Positions 21,037 through 23,805 of a stretch of DNA of 23,805 nucleotides are shown piece after piece. Within the stretch, counting starts at the first letter, position 1, and every line of letters begins with the position of its first letter. The position numbers and the translations under genes were made by a program. This stretch comes from Paraspadella gotoi. Its lineage: Eukaryota > Animalia > Chaetognatha. The notes beneath the pieces are model-generated. The model was given only the letters and a program-made list of their open reading frames with translations. It made no database searches and was not told where the DNA came from. The DNA lies in NCBI GenBank assembly GCA_051294375.1, contig JBJCIZ010001266.1, positions 1 to 23,805 on the forward strand, written 5' to 3'.

Positions 21037-21736
21037 GAATGAGCGTTGGGAAAATTGAAGTGTCGTTAGGAAATAACTTTGATTTTGAGATTTAAATTTG
21101 TAAGTTTAAAATTAAAAATGACATGTCAGGTAGGTCGATTCGAAGAAAGAATGTCCGGTTTCGATGATAGGGAGGGGAAAGAGAAAGATTTAGAACGATG
21201 AGATTATGAAATAAAGAAAGAAAAAAAATAAAGAGGATAGAGCAAAGAAAGGTAAAGAAAAAAGACAAATTAAAGAAATTATTATTAGAAAAAATAAAAG
21301 AAAGACAAGAAAGAAAAAAAAGAAAGAAGAAGAAAGAAAGATAAGAAAGCAGGAAGAAATTTTAAAATAGGAAAGCAAAAAAGAAAGAAAGAAAGATTGT
21401 TGAAATATACAAGAATATTAAAATACATTTTAAAATTATTGTAAAGACTATATTATTATACTGTTAGGATGTCCTAAATAGATAGCAAAAAGTGAGGTTG
21501 AAATGATGGTGAAGCAAAAGAAAAGGTGGAGCAAAGGATGGATGGAAGAAAGGATGAAGGCAAGTTAAATGATTCAGGAAAAGAAAGGATGAATAGGCAA
21601 GGTAAAGTATGAGGAAAGAAAGGATAATAGTTTCGGGCAGTAAGGGCAGGATCTTGCCTGGGACTTGGGAGGCCGGGCAAAGGCACCCCGGGATGCGCAA
21701 AAGTCTCATTTCCGTCTGGTCACGTTGCCTGAGGAC

Positions 21737-21766
21737 GAGAGAGAGAGAGAAAGAGAGAATGAGAGG

Positions 21767-21808
<42 letters not shown>

Positions 21809-21870
21809 AGAAAGAGAGAGAGAGAGATGAGAGATTGAGATGATGGAGAGACGAGAGAGACGAGAGAGAT
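21737..21870. repeat. imperfect (GA)n microsatellite
   Basis: GA run, pure at about 21770-21803. Confidence 0.88.
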
Positions 21871-23610
21871 GAGGAACAGAAGATGAAGAGAGTAAAAAGA
21901 GCGAGAATGAGGAAAGCGAAATAAACCAGTTAGAGAGGGAATAGACGGAGAGAGGAGGATAGAGGGGGGGGAGACTTAGTAGAGAACAGAAGTTGAGAGG
22001 AGAGCAGGATAGCTGCGTTTTCTGGTTAAAAAAGCCTTCGGAGCATCGGCACGGAAATCGTCGCAGCAACAAAAAGATTTTGGCGCTTCGATGTTATTAG
22101 TTATGAGGTTTTGTGGGTAATATTTGTATCGAGTTGAAACAGGCACTTTTAACCTCGCCAGGATCTACATCATACAAATTGTTAGAGGCAAATCTATAGA
22201 GCTATTTCTAGAAGATTTTAATAATACAATACGATTGAGCACTCGTGCTTACTGATTGTTACCTAATATTATTTGAGTGTGTTTTATGAATGCTATCGGC
22301 ATATCATCGTACATACGTAGAATGGCTGAAGCGTCCGGTGCTTATGGTAATAAATGTGATAACAACTGGTGAAATACACATAACGCGTAAAAAGACAAAC
22401 AAAAAATTGGAAAGAAAAAAGAAAGATAATGGAAAAATGGAAAGAAAACGTGACTGGAGGAAGAAGAAAAGGAAGGAGAAAATGGAGAATCCGGGAATTA
22501 TAGCCCCACTTCTAAATAATTGTGAAAAAAGCGGTAAGATTAGGATCCGATTGCTGAAATAGATTGAATACAATGAATTAGATCGGCATGAGATGAATGA
22601 ACCAAGAATTGAAAAAATGACATCATTTTATAAATGAGAGGGGAATCGATGAATCGAACAAATTTAGGGGCATTTGAAATATATGAATAGAAAATTCAGA
22701 AAATTCTGATAATGAAGTGCGACGTCGATTGTCGGAGTTATGAACTAGTGGACAAGATTTTTAAAAAAAAATTAATTACATTAAAAAAAATTTTAATTTT
22801 AGTCTATTGAATATCACCAGTATATTTTTAAGATGCTTAGTCATTGCTTTTTAGCATATTTAGTCAACAGAGAGGGATGAGTGATGCCGATCATATAGCA
22901 GTATCAGAAACGAACGCTCGCTTTAAAAATCTAACGAAGGCTTCAAAAAAGGCATTTTTTTCTGCCGTCTATGTAATCCTTTTCTTTAGTATTATCATAT
23001 GATCTCTGGTCCTCGCTCTTGCGCTTCGGTCTCTTTCTCTTTGATTCCTTTTTATTTCCTTTCTTTTGTTTCGACCGTACGATCGCTCTCCCCCCTTTTT
23101 CAGCATTCCACAACTCTCGATTCCCGATTTCACCATTTTCTCCTGCCCTTTTTCTACGGGAGGCGAACAAATCTTCCGGCCGTCTGCCCTTTTCACGCGC
23201 CTTCGCATTCCACGTACCCTCGTCAGGACTCCACGCGATTCAAGGGGATTCACAATTCCGATCCATCGCTTCTGCGGCGATGCTCACCTATGGCTCACTC
23301 GCCTCACCTTCCCCTTTGGTTTTTCGCCGCCATTTTGTCTTTTGTAGAATAGCATTTTTTTCTTCACTCTCTTTCGCTTTTCGACTCAAAAATTTGTACA
23401 TTACGCTGGTTGTTTATAATTTTCCAATTTATGTTTTAATTTAGTTAGTACGGCAGCCTAACAACCTCATTCGATATATGCCTTCTCAATGTTGGCGGTA
23501 ATTCACTTAGGGGACAGCTTGATCAATCTCAGTCGGACAGCCTGACAACATACACGTCGACACAGCCTGATAGTCTCATAAAAGTCAGACCTGACAATCT
23601 CAATGGTGGA

Positions 23611-23694
23611 AAGAAGGGAGAGAGAGAGCGATGAGAGACGAGGCAGAGAGAGATGGAGGAGGAGATAGAGAGAGAGAGGAGAGAGAGAGAGAGA
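23611..23694. repeat. imperfect (GA)n microsatellite at the right end of repeat copy 2
   Basis: GA run; counterpart of 7076-7186. Confidence 0.85.
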
Positions 23695-23727
23695 TGGATC
23701 TCTCTTCTTTTTAAAAATAAAGAGATA

Positions 23728-23805
23728 GAGAAAGAAAGAAAGAAAAAAGAAAGAAAGAAATTATAATAGAAAAAAAAAGAAAGAAAGAAAGAAAAAAGAA
23801 AGAAA
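23728..23805. repeat. (GAAA)n microsatellite running off the window edge
   Basis: GAAAGAAAGAAA repeats with one AT-rich interruption. Confidence 0.85.

Larger units (their letters stand above)
20385..23690 (+). repeat. long direct repeat, copy 2 (copy 1 at ~3680-7150); contains two assembly gaps
   Basis: Same colinear anchors as copy 1. Differences are mostly 1-3 nt indels, and ~100 bp of copy 1 (about 5450-5545) has no clear counterpart. Confidence 0.93.

Noticed and set aside
91-23444. The many ORFs in the supplied track (SLSLSL, RERERE and poly-Phe/Lys types), including 7612-8325, 7629-8381 and 21464-22072
   Set aside because: They stay open because GA/CT and A-rich repeats lack stop codons. 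They overlap in several frames, show no recognisable domain and are not preserved between the two copies of the long repeat.

Overview
This is eukaryotic-type DNA, probably from an invertebrate animal (inferred from the repeat content and the lack of any gene-dense organisation). No protein-coding or RNA gene can be called with confidence, and the ORF track is mostly translated (GA)n/(CT)n and A-rich low-complexity sequence. Three things dominate the window. (1) About 27 imperfect (GA)n/(CT)n tracts are spaced on average less than 1 kb apart. (2) A ~3.5 kb segment occurs twice in direct orientation (~3680-7150 and ~20385-23690). The copies differ mainly by small indels, and their homology stops inside a (GA)n tract. 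Together with two 25-N gaps and one 119-N gap, this points to low-coverage long-read gap-fill sequence that may be chimeric. (3) The best-supported biological feature is a ~3.0 kb non-autonomous Helentron/DINE-1-like (HINE) element on the minus strand (8764-11792). It has a clear terminal hairpin at one end, a plausible degenerate terminus at the other, a (GTCC/GTC)n microsatellite, about 8 internal copies of a ~130 bp unit and a nested 19-bp minisatellite. I found no convincing evidence of a new gene-encoded system. All coordinates and alignments were made by eye.
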